This document shows positions 19,641 to 28,959 of a stretch of DNA of 64,000 nt, in pieces. The stretch's first letter is position 1. Each line of letters opens with the position of its first letter. Source of the stretch: an uncultured bacterium (GTDB lineage Bacteria; Patescibacteriota; Minisyncoccia; Moranbacterales; GWC2-37-73); NCBI GenBank assembly GCA_903851135.1, contig CAINNK010000014.1, positions 37,574 through 101,573 on the forward strand, written 5' to 3'. The position numbers and the translations under genes were made by a program. Under the pieces are notes generated by a model that saw only the letters and a program-made list of their open reading frames with translations, had not been told where the DNA came from and did not search any database.

Positions 19641-20399
19641 CTAAAAAACTACAAAACTAATGCTTGATAAGCTAATCACTATTACTATTGAAGCACCAAG
19701 GAGCTTCTTCACATATTCAAGCATGGATTTGTTCTTGGCATATTCCATTCTTTTTGGACCAATCAGCGCCAGAATGCCTTTCTCGCCGGAACTGAGTTTA
19801 TATGGTGACACAATCATGGAACAATTTGAAGCGGCTTCAATAGGATTTTCCTGACCAATAAAGATTCTGGTCTCGCCTTCTTTCATGTTCTTGGTTAGCT
19901 GATCAAATTTTTCGTCGACATAGTCCAACATTTCAACCAGGCGACACATTTCATCCAATTCTTTGAACTCTGGTTCTTCCATGAGTTCCCGCATGCCGAA
20001 ATCAGAAAATTCATCGTTGTCAATCAAGCCACTGATGGCAAAATTTCCACTGACATGTGAAAGAAGTTTGGCCGTCGTGCGAGTCAGACGAGTGTTCTGG
20101 GCTTTCAGTTTCAAAAATTCCCGCTGCATTTTTTGTTGCTCATCCTTGGAAAGAATTTTGTCTTTCATCACTTCTTCCACAAAATAGCGATAACCTTGAT
20201 CAGTTGGGATTCGACCAGCGCTGATGTGCGGTTGATAGAGATAGCCATCTTCTTCCAAAGTGGTCATGTCGTTGCGGATGGTGGCGGGGCTGACTTTGAA
20301 TTTATATTTCCCAACCAAAATCTGCGAGCCAACTGGCACTGCTGTTTGGGTGTATTCCTCAATCACCGCCGCTAAAATTTTTTGTTGCCTTTCGTTCAT
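19641..20399 (-). CDS. hrcA: Heat-inducible transcription repressor HrcA (short form)
   Basis: PVGS, SPATIRNDM, QPHISAGRIPTDQGYRYFV, IGPKRMEY motifs. Confidence 0.95.
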   Translation of the reverse strand: MNERQQKILAAVIEEYTQTAVPVGSQILVGKYKFKVSPATIRNDMTTLEEDGYLYQPHISAGRIPTDQGYRYFVEEVMKDKILSKDEQQKMQREFLKLKAQNTRLTRTTAKLLSHVSGNFAISGLIDNDEFSDFGMRELMEEPEFKELDEMCRLVEMLDYVDEKFDQLTKNMKEGETRIFIGQENPIEAASNCSMIVSPYKLSSGEKGILALIGPKRMEYAKNKSMLEYVKKLLGASIVIVISLSSISFVVF

Positions 20400-20511
20400 A
20401 ATATTGCCGATGCGAAACTACGAATAAAATTCGAATCTACGAATAAAATTTTACATAAATCAATCACGTGTAATCAGTTTAATCAGAAACTAATCAGTGG
20501 TTTGTATTTTT

Positions 20512-20553
20512 ATTATATATTATGTGTTAGCAGTCGTCAAGTCCGAGTGCTAA
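20512..20553 (-). promoter_or_regulatory. CIRCE operator overlapping the sigma-70 promoter of hrcA-grpE-dnaK
   Basis: TTAGCACTC-N9-GACTGCTAA (20553-20527, one mismatch to consensus) and TTGACG-17-TATAAT (20540-20512). Confidence 0.93.
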
Positions 20554-20604
20554 CTGCTTAAAATACTACGTCTTATTTTAAATTTTATTGCATTAAAAAA
20601 TATC

Positions 20605-20700
20605 CGTCATTGCGAGGATTTTTGTACTCGAAAATCCGAAGCAATCCAGGATTTTATAAAGTCCTGGATTGCTATGCATGATTACATGCTCGCAAAGACG
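20605..20700. repeat. GTCATTGCGAG-type palindromic element
   Basis: cgtcattgcgag...gcaatccagg / cctggattgc...ctcgcaaagacg. Confidence 0.8.
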
Positions 20701-20716
20701 TTATAAAAAAAGATTT

Positions 20717-20829
20717 TGTCATTCCCGACAGCAGCCTGTCCGCCTTTAGAGGAATCGGGAATCCAGACCCGTATTTTATATCCCTTGCATTAATGCATAA
20801 CCCAGATTCCCGTTTTCACGGGAATGACA
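20717..20829. repeat. GTCATTCCCG-type palindromic element
   Basis: tgtcattcccg...cgggaatc / gattcccg...cgggaatgaca. Confidence 0.8.
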
Positions 20830-20893
20830 TAATATAATAAAATTTTCCCATAAAAAAAGCCTGGGCTTTAATAAAGTCAGACTTTGAAATTTT

Positions 20894-20927
20894 TCAATTA
20901 AGGTCGCACCGTTGCGACCTTAATTGA
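20894..20927. terminator. Perfect 15-bp hairpin downstream of dapD
   Basis: tcaattaaggtcgca-ccgt-tgcgaccttaattga. Confidence 0.6.
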
Positions 20928-20945
20928 GTTGAGAAAAAAACATTT

Positions 20946-21851
20946 TTACCTGAGTGCTTGTTCAAGTGCTGTTCCGGCATCGGTCTTGCTGTCACGATAT
21001 TTCTTGATTAAAGCAACATAACCTGAAAGTCCATATTCTTCAGCAAAGGAGCCCTTAATCTGCCGAGAACCAGCAATAACAACTGCTCCTGCAGGAATGA
21101 TAAGGGGATTTTCTTTTGTCCCTTTGTAGATTTTTGCCTCGACAAGGTCGTAAACAGTTATTGACCTATTCAACATGACCCCAGTACCGATAACCGACCG
21201 CTCCTTGACAATAGTGCCTTCGTAGATACCGCAGTTGCCTCCCACCATGACATCATCCTCGATGATGACCGGCATGGCGCCTATCGGTTCGAGCACACCC
21301 CCGACCTGAACGCCGGCCGAAAGATGACACTTCTTGCCAACTTGGGCGCAGCTTCCGACAAGGGCATGAGAATCAATCATGGTGCCTTCATCAACATAGG
21401 CTCCCACATTAACATAGGCCGGCGGCATCATCACAACCCCGGAAGCCAGATATGAACCGTCGCGAACTGCCGATCCTCCGGGAACAATGCGGACATTATC
21501 TGCCGGAATGAATTTTTTAAGTGGCCAGGTATCCTTGTCAAAAAACTCCCAACCTAAGGCCTCCTGTGAAGGGAAAGCTCCCAACCCAAAAAAAATCATG
21601 TATTCCCGAAGCCTGCCAAGTCGCATACCGAGCAGAATCCCTTCCTTAACCCAAGCATTAACTACCCAGTCATCACCCCGCTTTTCAGCAGCCCGAATTT
21701 TTCCTTCATTTAACAATTTTTTGAAATGGTCAAAATCACTCCGCGCCTCTGCATAAGTTTCAGGTCTACGCAAATCATCTACCGTAAGTTTTGAGTGATT
21801 AATGATGGATTGCTTAATAAGACCAATAGCAAAATCCAAGCCTGTATTCAT
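20946..21851 (-). CDS. dapD: Tetrahydrodipicolinate N-succinyltransferase
   Basis: [42 protein letters not shown] hexapeptide region. Confidence 0.93.
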   Translation of the reverse strand: MNTGLDFAIGLIKQSIINHSKLTVDDLRRPETYAEARSDFDHFKKLLNEGKIRAAEKRGDDWVVNAWVKEGILLGMRLGRLREYMIFFGLGAFPSQEALGWEFFDKDTWPLKKFIPADNVRIVPGGSAVRDGSYLASGVVMMPPAYVNVGAYVDEGTMIDSHALVGSCAQVGKKCHLSAGVQVGGVLEPIGAMPVIIEDDVMVGGNCGIYEGTIVKERSVIGTGVMLNRSITVYDLVEAKIYKGTKENPLIIPAGAVVIAGSRQIKGSFAEEYGLSGYVALIKKYRDSKTDAGTALEQALR

Positions 21852-21907
21852 AACACATCTCCATTAAAATTACAAGAAAATAGAAATCTAAGAAAAAATT
21901 GCAACAA

Positions 21908-22336
21908 TCAGTTAAAAATTTTGACCCTCACTCCCTCTTCATTGTCAGAAGTCAAAAGCAGAAAAAGATTGCGATGTTTGTTTTCACGGGCAACTTCACA
22001 GGTCTCATCTTCAAAGAAGGCCATGGCTAATTCTTTGCACAATTTTCCTTTGAAAAGAATGGTGAAAGAATCAATGTCTTCATTCTCATGTTGGACAACA
22101 AGAGAAAATACAAACAAAAAGATTGCCATATAAAAGCTTCCTTCTTTAACCTCAACTTTATCCTCTTTCTCAAGACCAATCTGAAAGCCGCTCATTTTCT
22201 GCGAAATTTCTTCCACAGAAAAAATATGCAGGAGTTGGCAAAAAGTCTGAGCACTTTCCTTCATATTATTTCTCGAACACAGCCGAATGAGATCAAGCAC
22301 TGATTTAACGTCCGGCGGAAAATGTCTTGTTGGCAT
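21908..22336 (-). CDS. Hypothetical protein
   Basis: ORF with GGAG upstream of ATG 22336; no motif recognised. Confidence 0.55.
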   Translation of the reverse strand: MPTRHFPPDVKSVLDLIRLCSRNNMKESAQTFCQLLHIFSVEEISQKMSGFQIGLEKEDKVEVKEGSFYMAIFLFVFSLVVQHENEDIDSFTILFKGKLCKELAMAFFEDETCEVARENKHRNLFLLLTSDNEEGVRVKIFN

Positions 22337-22521
22337 AATTGAATTTCTCCGATTAAATTGACAAGGTAACAATTTTAAATGCCTTCTTTGTTTACCAGAA
22401 AATTCAATGACGGTCAAGACCAAAGCCTTGACAAAAACAAGTTTTTTTGTTAATTTTTAATTTAGCTTTTTTAAAATTTTATAGTTCAGAATATCTCCAA
22501 AACAATCTAAAATCATAGAAA

Positions 22522-22890
22522 ATGCAAACGCAACCATCCTTCTGGGTTCCAATTTTGATGGACGTTGGATTATTCGGTATTGCATTTAATGCAACCTACA
22601 TAGCAGTAGAAACCGAATTGAAAAAATGCTGGCTAACTTTTGGCCTAGCTTTAATTCTCTCGCTCATGACCACTGTCCTAAGCTTTTCGTTGATCATTTC
22701 AGTTCCACTGATTCTTTCTCACTCGAAAATTTTGCTCTTGAGCTTGGGAGCAATCACGTCTTTGATTTCTTTTCCAATGACAACCAAGAAGTCAAAAGAA
22801 GAAGCTTTTACGCTCATGCTTTTCTGGCTTTTATCTTTCTTTTTTGGTATCTTTCTCATGTCACTTTATTTTGCTCCTCATTTAAATTAA
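22522..22890 (+). CDS. Hypothetical 4-TM membrane protein
   Basis: Four hydrophobic segments; TTGACA-17-TAATTT upstream at 22428. Confidence 0.6.
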   Translation: MQTQPSFWVPILMDVGLFGIAFNATYIAVETELKKCWLTFGLALILSLMTTVLSFSLIISVPLILSHSKILLLSLGAITSLISFPMTTKKSKEEAFTLMLFWLLSFFFGIFLMSLYFAPHLN

Positions 22891-22951
22891 TGAAAGAAAA
22901 CATTTCTAACCCGCTTCAAGCTGAAGCAAAAACAATAAAGGAGAATTTAGT

Positions 22952-23119
22952 ATGAAAAGTAAGATGTTTTTTGGCGGACTTTTTTTTGCAGGTGGCTGTT
23001 TCCTTGCGTTTAAAGCTTTCTCAAAGATCCTTGAGGAAGTTAGTATGGCAATAACACTTGCCACTATTTCAGGCATGCCACCAGTGATGGGAATTAAGAA
23101 GGAAACTCAAAAAAAGTAG
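22952..23119 (+). CDS. Small hypothetical membrane peptide (55 aa)
   Basis: AAGGAG then ATG: MKSKMFFGGLFFAGGCFLAFKAFSKILEEV...KKETQKK; below ORF-track cutoff. Confidence 0.5.
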   Translation: MKSKMFFGGLFFAGGCFLAFKAFSKILEEVSMAITLATISGMPPVMGIKKETQKK

Positions 23120-23260
23120 GTTTCGGGGTTTTTATTTTGCGGAAGAGAAAAGAAAAGATTAAACAAACTTTTCTCTTCCAAAAAGCGACATTATTCTCAT
23201 GTAATGGCGCTTTTTTTAATTCTTTTTTGACGATTTCATTTTTTTCAAATACTAATTGTT

Positions 23261-23329
23261 CCACTTTTCTCTCAAATATTTTTGCTCGCCGAGAAATTGG
23301 CGGTAGCGCTGAAATTTTTTTGAGTTTCA
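23261..23329 (+). repeat. Direct repeat, left of AbiE module
   Basis: ccacttttctctcaaatatttttgctcgccgagaaattggcggtagcgctgaa... similar to 24778-24845. Confidence 0.85.
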
Positions 23330-23331
23330 AA

Positions 23332-24117
23332 TTATTTTTTTTGTAAACTCAGTTTTGATTCTATAAAATCCTTAAACCCAAGCACCCGGGAAACCTGATC
23401 AACTTGGATCAAAAACGGCTCCACATCTTTAGCTAGAAAAGCAAAATCAAACTCTTCACAACGTGCTAACATTTTTTCACTAAATTCAGCTCTTGAAAGA
23501 TTTAGGGTTTTTTCAATATAAGCAAAATCTGGCTGAGTTTTGCCATAAAGATAACTGACATCATAAAAATCTCTTCCCTTTTCTCTTTTGCGACCAAGAA
23601 TCGCCATCATTTTTTGCGCAAGCAATACTTCGATGGGATTAACTAAAATATCCCGATAGATGTCAAATTTGTTCAAGGTAAGAACCTGGGGCTGGAACAA
23701 TTTTTCTTTTTTGACAGTGTCGATTCGCACAAGAATTTTTTCATTCGGTGCCGAACCAAGATTGGCTTCCTGAAGAATGTGAGGAAATTTTATATAGCAA
23801 TGATATGCGCCCTTTTCAATCAAACGCGCTTCCATAGCAAAACCCTTAATTTTCATATCATCAACAACTTCATTCATCAGTTCTTGAAATTCATCAAAAG
23901 ATAGTCCAAAATTATCAAAGTCCAAGTCTTCCGAAAAACGATTTCCACCGAAGGCAATTCGAATCGCCGTGCCACCAATAAAACTTAGCTGCGCGCTTTT
24001 CTTTTGCTTAAAAATCGAATCAAGAATTTCATATTGCAAATATTCCACCAAAATACTTTTTGAAGGATTACTTTTAGAATCAGTATAATATTTTTTCAAT
24101 TGATCAAAGGTTAGCAT
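23332..24117 (-). CDS. AbiEii-family nucleotidyltransferase toxin (type IV TA)
   Basis: FIGGTAIR...RFSEDLDF and K..A...R.KGRDFYD motifs. Confidence 0.93.
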   Translation of the reverse strand: MLTFDQLKKYYTDSKSNPSKSILVEYLQYEILDSIFKQKKSAQLSFIGGTAIRIAFGGNRFSEDLDFDNFGLSFDEFQELMNEVVDDMKIKGFAMEARLIEKGAYHCYIKFPHILQEANLGSAPNEKILVRIDTVKKEKLFQPQVLTLNKFDIYRDILVNPIEVLLAQKMMAILGRKREKGRDFYDVSYLYGKTQPDFAYIEKTLNLSRAEFSEKMLARCEEFDFAFLAKDVEPFLIQVDQVSRVLGFKDFIESKLSLQKK

Positions 24118-24716
24118 ATTTCAAATAGCTTATGCACGATTTTAGTTAGTTTTTCAATCTTAAACTCTTCAAGATACTGTTCTATTTTTTTTCTATCTAT
24201 AATTCGCTTAAGTTCACTGCCGTTGATTCTCAATTCCTCAAGGTCTGTTTGATTGTTGAGCTTGCCTAAATTAAAATAAAAATAATCCAGCAAAGCCTTC
24301 TCCGGCTGCGCTATGAGATATTTTCCAAATTTTGTTTCAATTGGATTGTATCCGAAAAAAAGTTCAGACTTAATATGTCGAAATGTGAAAACTCCAAAAT
24401 CATTGGAAAATTTCCTAGTGGTTTTTGTGGTAACGCAAGTTTGAGCATGCACCATTTCGGGAATCAAGCCATAATAACTCAGCATAGTTTCCATAGATAA
24501 ATAGCTCGGCTGATAAATCAAAAAGGAGATTTCCTGCGCCGATATTTCTGCTCGCTTCTCAACAAAGAAATACATTCCCTTTTTTAGACGAGCCAAATAG
24601 CCTCTTTTTTGCCACAAAGACAGTTGATAATTATAAACATTAAGCTTTTTGAGCAAAATATCCAAATTAGTAAAATATGGCTTATTTAAAGCATTTTTGA
24701 ATTCTTGATATTTCAT
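24111..24716 (-). CDS. AbiEi-family antitoxin/transcriptional regulator
   Basis: RLKKGMY, PSYLSMETMLSYYGLIPE, AQPEKALLD motifs; overlaps toxin start. Confidence 0.9.
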   Translation of the reverse strand: MKYQEFKNALNKPYFTNLDILLKKLNVYNYQLSLWQKRGYLARLKKGMYFFVEKRAEISAQEISFLIYQPSYLSMETMLSYYGLIPEMVHAQTCVTTKTTRKFSNDFGVFTFRHIKSELFFGYNPIETKFGKYLIAQPEKALLDYFYFNLGKLNNQTDLEELRINGSELKRIIDRKKIEQYLEEFKIEKLTKIVHKLFEIC

Positions 24717-24777
24717 AAAATTATTAAATTTAATAATCTACTGAAATTATAGCTCAATTTAAAAAATAGTCAACCAA

Positions 24778-24845
24778 CCACTTTTCTCTTAAATATTTTT
24801 GCTCGCCAAGAAACTGACGATAACGCTGAAGTTTTTTGAATTTCA
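24778..24845 (+). repeat. Direct repeat, right of AbiE module
   Basis: ccacttttctcttaaatatttttgctcgccaagaaactgacgataacgctgaa... Confidence 0.85.
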
Positions 24846-24891
24846 GAAATTTCAGAGGTGCCAAGAATTTGTATTTTTTTATTTAGCAAAT

Positions 24892-27800
24892 CTACTCAGC
24901 AAGCCTTTCATCAATTGCCCTTAAGAAATTAGATTGAAATAAATCAAATGTTGATGTACTTAAATATCTTTTTCTAGCTTCCTGACCGATAAGTATTAGC
25001 GACTGTGGATTATCTATAATCTTAATTATTATACTTTTTAATTGTTCCACATTATTAGTTTCTATAACAAAACCAGTCTTACCATCTTCAATAATATATT
25101 TAGCACCAACATTTTGACTAATTATAGATGGTCTGCCAAGCATTGCACCTTCAATAGCAACGATTGATGTTGGTTCCTCACGAGATACAACAACAAATAC
25201 ATTGGTTTCGGTAAAAATCTTCTTTTTTCTGTTTTGATCGATAATCAAACCATGCCATATTACATTATCAATACCATTGGTTTTTTCCTTCAGTTTTAAT
25301 GCAAAACTATCAAAAGCCTGCTCGTTGCCGATAATATTAAATACTGCCCTTTGCCTATAATCAACCGGCAATTCCAAAATAGCAGCAACAAAAACATCCT
25401 GAGCTTTTCTTTCTTCAACTGTTCCTACCATACTAAATTGAATCTTACCATCAATTTTCATTTCTTCATTACAATACTGGTCGTCGAAACCCATGCTTAA
25501 AACTTTTACATTGTTTAAATATTTTACAACTGCTTCTTTTGAATATTCACTAGCAACATAAACTGACGCCTTCGTATTTTTTAAAACATATTCCAAAGAA
25601 GGTTTTTTCATACTAAAATGAGGGATAAAAAAAGATTGAATATTCCATGCCTCATGAATAAACCATATAATCGGAACCAACCCCTCCATCGCATAAACTG
25701 CTGGATACGTAACCACTGTATTTGCTATAATAATATCAAAATTTTTTGCAAAGTATTTAAATATAAAATCATTATCTTGAGCAAAATTATTTACAATAAC
25801 TACTATATCCAATTCTTCAAATGCCGCCCTAAACGGTCCATCGACGTATGAATAAACAACAGGATAACCTCCACTATTAATAACTGATCTTGCCATATTG
25901 AGAGCGACCATTGGTGCTCCCGTCATTGTTAATTCATGAACAACAATTAGCGCATCAAATTTATGTTCTATAAGGTTTTCCTGATGAGAAAAAATCCCAA
26001 ATTGTTCAGGAAGATAGCCCTCCAATTGGGCTCTCATACTTTTAGTATAATAAGGATCATTTGAAACATATTTTCCCCATCTTTTTAGCACAAAAATATC
26101 AGCCTTATCTTTTTCTATGTGCCAAGAATGATTTCCAATATGATGAAGCGTTGAATAGGGTGTGTAAACACACCTATAGCCCTTGTCTCTTAACCTGAAA
26201 CTCAAATCTAAATCACTATGTCCTGCTGGTGTATTCACAGCATCAAATCCACCTACTTCAAAAAAAACTTTCTTTCTGATTGCAAAACATGCTCCGCTTA
26301 GTATTGAGACATTGCGAACCCTATTTGCAAGTGGTTCATTTTTATTTTTTCCATTTAAAAAAGTTCCACAAAATGGCTTAGAATTCGTTGTCATCCCAGC
26401 ATATTGAATAGTATCGTTCTCCCACAACAATTTAGGAGAGACAGATCCTATTTTTCTATCAAAATACAAAAACTCAATCAAATTCATTATCCAATCATCA
26501 CTAATTGGGAACACATCATCATTTAAAAATATCACGATTTCGCCAGTTGCAACATCAGCACCTTGATTACATTTATCAGAAAAATTGTATTTCTTATCAT
26601 ACGTTGAAAATACTAAATTATTTGCTTTATTAGCATAATAAAGTTTTAATTCTCCTGCCAGTGCTGAATTAGTAACAATAACGATTTCTAATTTTGTATA
26701 ATTTGTTTTTTTAATAATTGAGTTTATTGATTTTTTCAGATTATCACCAGAATCAGATGGTATAACTATTGAAACTTTTTCATTAGGATTAAATAAAATT
26801 TCTGCACGATTTGCAACACTATTTCCTGTTACTTTTACATCAAATCCGCGCCTCCTCATTGCATCTTCTAGCGCTAACAGATTAGTTTTCTGTGCAAAAT
26901 CCTTTCCTCCCGCAGCAGCTGAACCAGGTATCTGACGCCAAAAATAAAGTACTTTTTCTACATGAAAAATTTTATCAGTAACCTCGCTAACACGTAACGC
27001 AAGATCATAATCCTGAGAATAATTATAGTCAGACCTAAAAAATCCAACTTTTTCTACAATTTCTTTCTTGTATACACTAAGATGTCCAGTATACATGTCA
27101 TTTAGAAGATATTCCGGACTCCAGTCTGGCTTAAAAATAAAATCTGTATACCTGTTATCGATTGTTTTTTTACATTCATCCGTATAAACTAAATCAACAT
27201 CATGATGCAAGTTAATTTCGTTAACAATCCAATAAAGAGCATCCTCCTTAATTTCATCATCATTGTCCAGGAGTGCGATAAATTCACCAGTTGCATTTTT
27301 TAACGCCTCATTTGATGCTCCAGAGATATTTTTATTCTCCTTTCCATAGATTATCTTTATTCTTGAATCGATGTTTTCCCAGCTTTTTAAACAATTTAGC
27401 GTTTCCTTTTTTGTGGATGCATCGTCATAAAGACATAATTCCCAATTAGTATAAATTTGCGCCCTAACTGATTTGATGCATTCATTAAGCCATCTAGATT
27501 CAACATTATAGACTGGAGTTATAACTGAAATTTTAGGTTTGTGCTTGAATTCTTCGATATTATTTCTTAATTTTTCGACTTCATTACTTGTCAACTTAAG
27601 CAACCATCTACCAAAATCAATTGAGCTGGAATTTATCAAATCTTTATTTAAAACCCCCTTGCCATATACAATAAAATTAAAGGAACGCAAGAGTGCAACA
27701 CTTAAACCCTCTTTTTTAATAGAACTCACACCTGTCCTTAGAAGATTTTTTAATTTATTTGCTAATAGCTTTTTGTAAGCAACAACCTTATGAAAAAAAC

Positions 27801-27942
27801 AGATGAATCCATATTTTTTTATAACCAAAAAAATAGAAACTGGAATATTCCAAATTGAAATCTTTTCATCCCTAATGGAATAATTAGTCTCTTTATTTTT
27901 TTCATCTATTATATTTATATTATCTTTTTCAGTATTCTTCAT
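24892..27942 (-). CDS. Multidomain glycosyltransferase (GT2-GT2-GT4)
   Basis: ISVITPVYN/LDNDD/SQDYDL; second GT2 FLNDD...SGACF..DLDLSFR; C-terminal GT4 HEL..TGAP and SREEPTSIVAIE. Confidence 0.92.
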   Translation of the reverse strand: MKNTEKDNINIIDEKNKETNYSIRDEKISIWNIPVSIFLVIKKYGFICFFHKVVAYKKLLANKLKNLLRTGVSSIKKEGLSVALLRSFNFIVYGKGVLNKDLINSSSIDFGRWLLKLTSNEVEKLRNNIEEFKHKPKISVITPVYNVESRWLNECIKSVRAQIYTNWELCLYDDASTKKETLNCLKSWENIDSRIKIIYGKENKNISGASNEALKNATGEFIALLDNDDEIKEDALYWIVNEINLHHDVDLVYTDECKKTIDNRYTDFIFKPDWSPEYLLNDMYTGHLSVYKKEIVEKVGFFRSDYNYSQDYDLALRVSEVTDKIFHVEKVLYFWRQIPGSAAAGGKDFAQKTNLLALEDAMRRRGFDVKVTGNSVANRAEILFNPNEKVSIVIPSDSGDNLKKSINSIIKKTNYTKLEIVIVTNSALAGELKLYYANKANNLVFSTYDKKYNFSDKCNQGADVATGEIVIFLNDDVFPISDDWIMNLIEFLYFDRKIGSVSPKLLWENDTIQYAGMTTNSKPFCGTFLNGKNKNEPLANRVRNVSILSGACFAIRKKVFFEVGGFDAVNTPAGHSDLDLSFRLRDKGYRCVYTPYSTLHHIGNHSWHIEKDKADIFVLKRWGKYVSNDPYYTKSMRAQLEGYLPEQFGIFSHQENLIEHKFDALIVVHELTMTGAPMVALNMARSVINSGGYPVVYSYVDGPFRAAFEELDIVVIVNNFAQDNDFIFKYFAKNFDIIIANTVVTYPAVYAMEGLVPIIWFIHEAWNIQSFFIPHFSMKKPSLEYVLKNTKASVYVASEYSKEAVVKYLNNVKVLSMGFDDQYCNEEMKIDGKIQFSMVGTVEERKAQDVFVAAILELPVDYRQRAVFNIIGNEQAFDSFALKLKEKTNGIDNVIWHGLIIDQNRKKKIFTETNVFVVVSREEPTSIVAIEGAMLGRPSIISQNVGAKYIIEDGKTGFVIETNNVEQLKSIIIKIIDNPQSLILIGQEARKRYLSTSTFDLFQSNFLRAIDERLAE

Positions 27943-27948
27943 ATTGGA

Positions 27949-28959
27949 CTAATCATTACGAATTTTATTTTTTAACTTAATGTATTTTTCTCTTAATTTC
28001 CAAAATTTTGATGATTTTATAAATTCAATTTCTTGCTTTTTTTGTAAAATACTTTTATCACATACTTCAATATCTTGTTTTAGTTGGTCTACAGACTTTT
28101 TTAATAAAACATTTTCATTTTCATAACTGCCACTTGACTCCAATAAGAATGATTCCAAAAAAGCATTATTTTTTCTTATACACAACAAATTGCAATAATC
28201 GTTTTCATTAAGCGAATTCTTCCATAAGCAAACATTTTCTGGTAGTTTTATTAATTTTTTTTCATTTTCTTTAATTATGATTATAATAAACCCTAATTTT
28301 GATATTCTTTTTAGAAAATCTGCTGGATCCGTATTTGCATTTTTTAAACACTTTGGATTAAATTCAATTAATAACTTTATGTCTTCATTATTTTTAATGA
28401 CCTTCTCCATTCCATTAAGAACAAACAGCTCATGACCTTCGGTATCTATTTTTATGACATCTATTTTTACATCACCAAAAAAATCATCTAGTGATACAGC
28501 TTTAACGATCCTTTTTTCCAATATCTCAGTGTTAGGATGCTCGTAAAAACCAGACGAATCAGAAGCTTCTGTTACATTAAAGTTCTTTTCTCCTGAATCA
28601 TCAGAAATTGCCAGATTAAATGTTTTAACATTTAAAAAGTCATTTTCCTTAATATTTTTATTTAAAACATCAAAATTTTCCTTAACTGGTTCAAAAGAAT
28701 ATACCACTCCGCTTTTATTTTTTGTTGCTGCAAGCAAAGAATAGTAACCATAATTAGCACCAACATCAACAACTGTCGAATCTTCTTTTATGTAATTTAA
28801 AAACAAATCAGAAGAAAATTTTTCATATTCATTTTCGATATAATGTTCTTTATATCTTTTGGTTACATTAATAACGAAATCTGCAAACCTAACACTGATA
28901 AGATTATTTATATCATAATCGTGTGGAAATTTATTTTCTTTTTTTGTTATATTTTCCAT
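27949..28959 (-). CDS. FkbM-family methyltransferase with C-terminal coiled coil
   Basis: VDVGANYGYYS, FEPV, KIDTEGHE motifs; tail ending SSKFWKLR. Confidence 0.9.
   Translation of the reverse strand: MENITKKENKFPHDYDINNLISVRFADFVINVTKRYKEHYIENEYEKFSSDLFLNYIKEDSTVVDVGANYGYYSLLAATKNKSGVVYSFEPVKENFDVLNKNIKENDFLNVKTFNLAISDDSGEKNFNVTEASDSSGFYEHPNTEILEKRIVKAVSLDDFFGDVKIDVIKIDTEGHELFVLNGMEKVIKNNEDIKLLIEFNPKCLKNANTDPADFLKRISKLGFIIIIIKENEKKLIKLPENVCLWKNSLNENDYCNLLCIRKNNAFLESFLLESSGSYENENVLLKKSVDQLKQDIEVCDKSILQKKQEIEFIKSSKFWKLREKYIKLKNKIRND

Noticed and set aside
23094-23346. ORFs of 78 and 69 aa downstream of AbiEii
   Set aside because: They run through the direct repeat and hairpin DNA; no start signals
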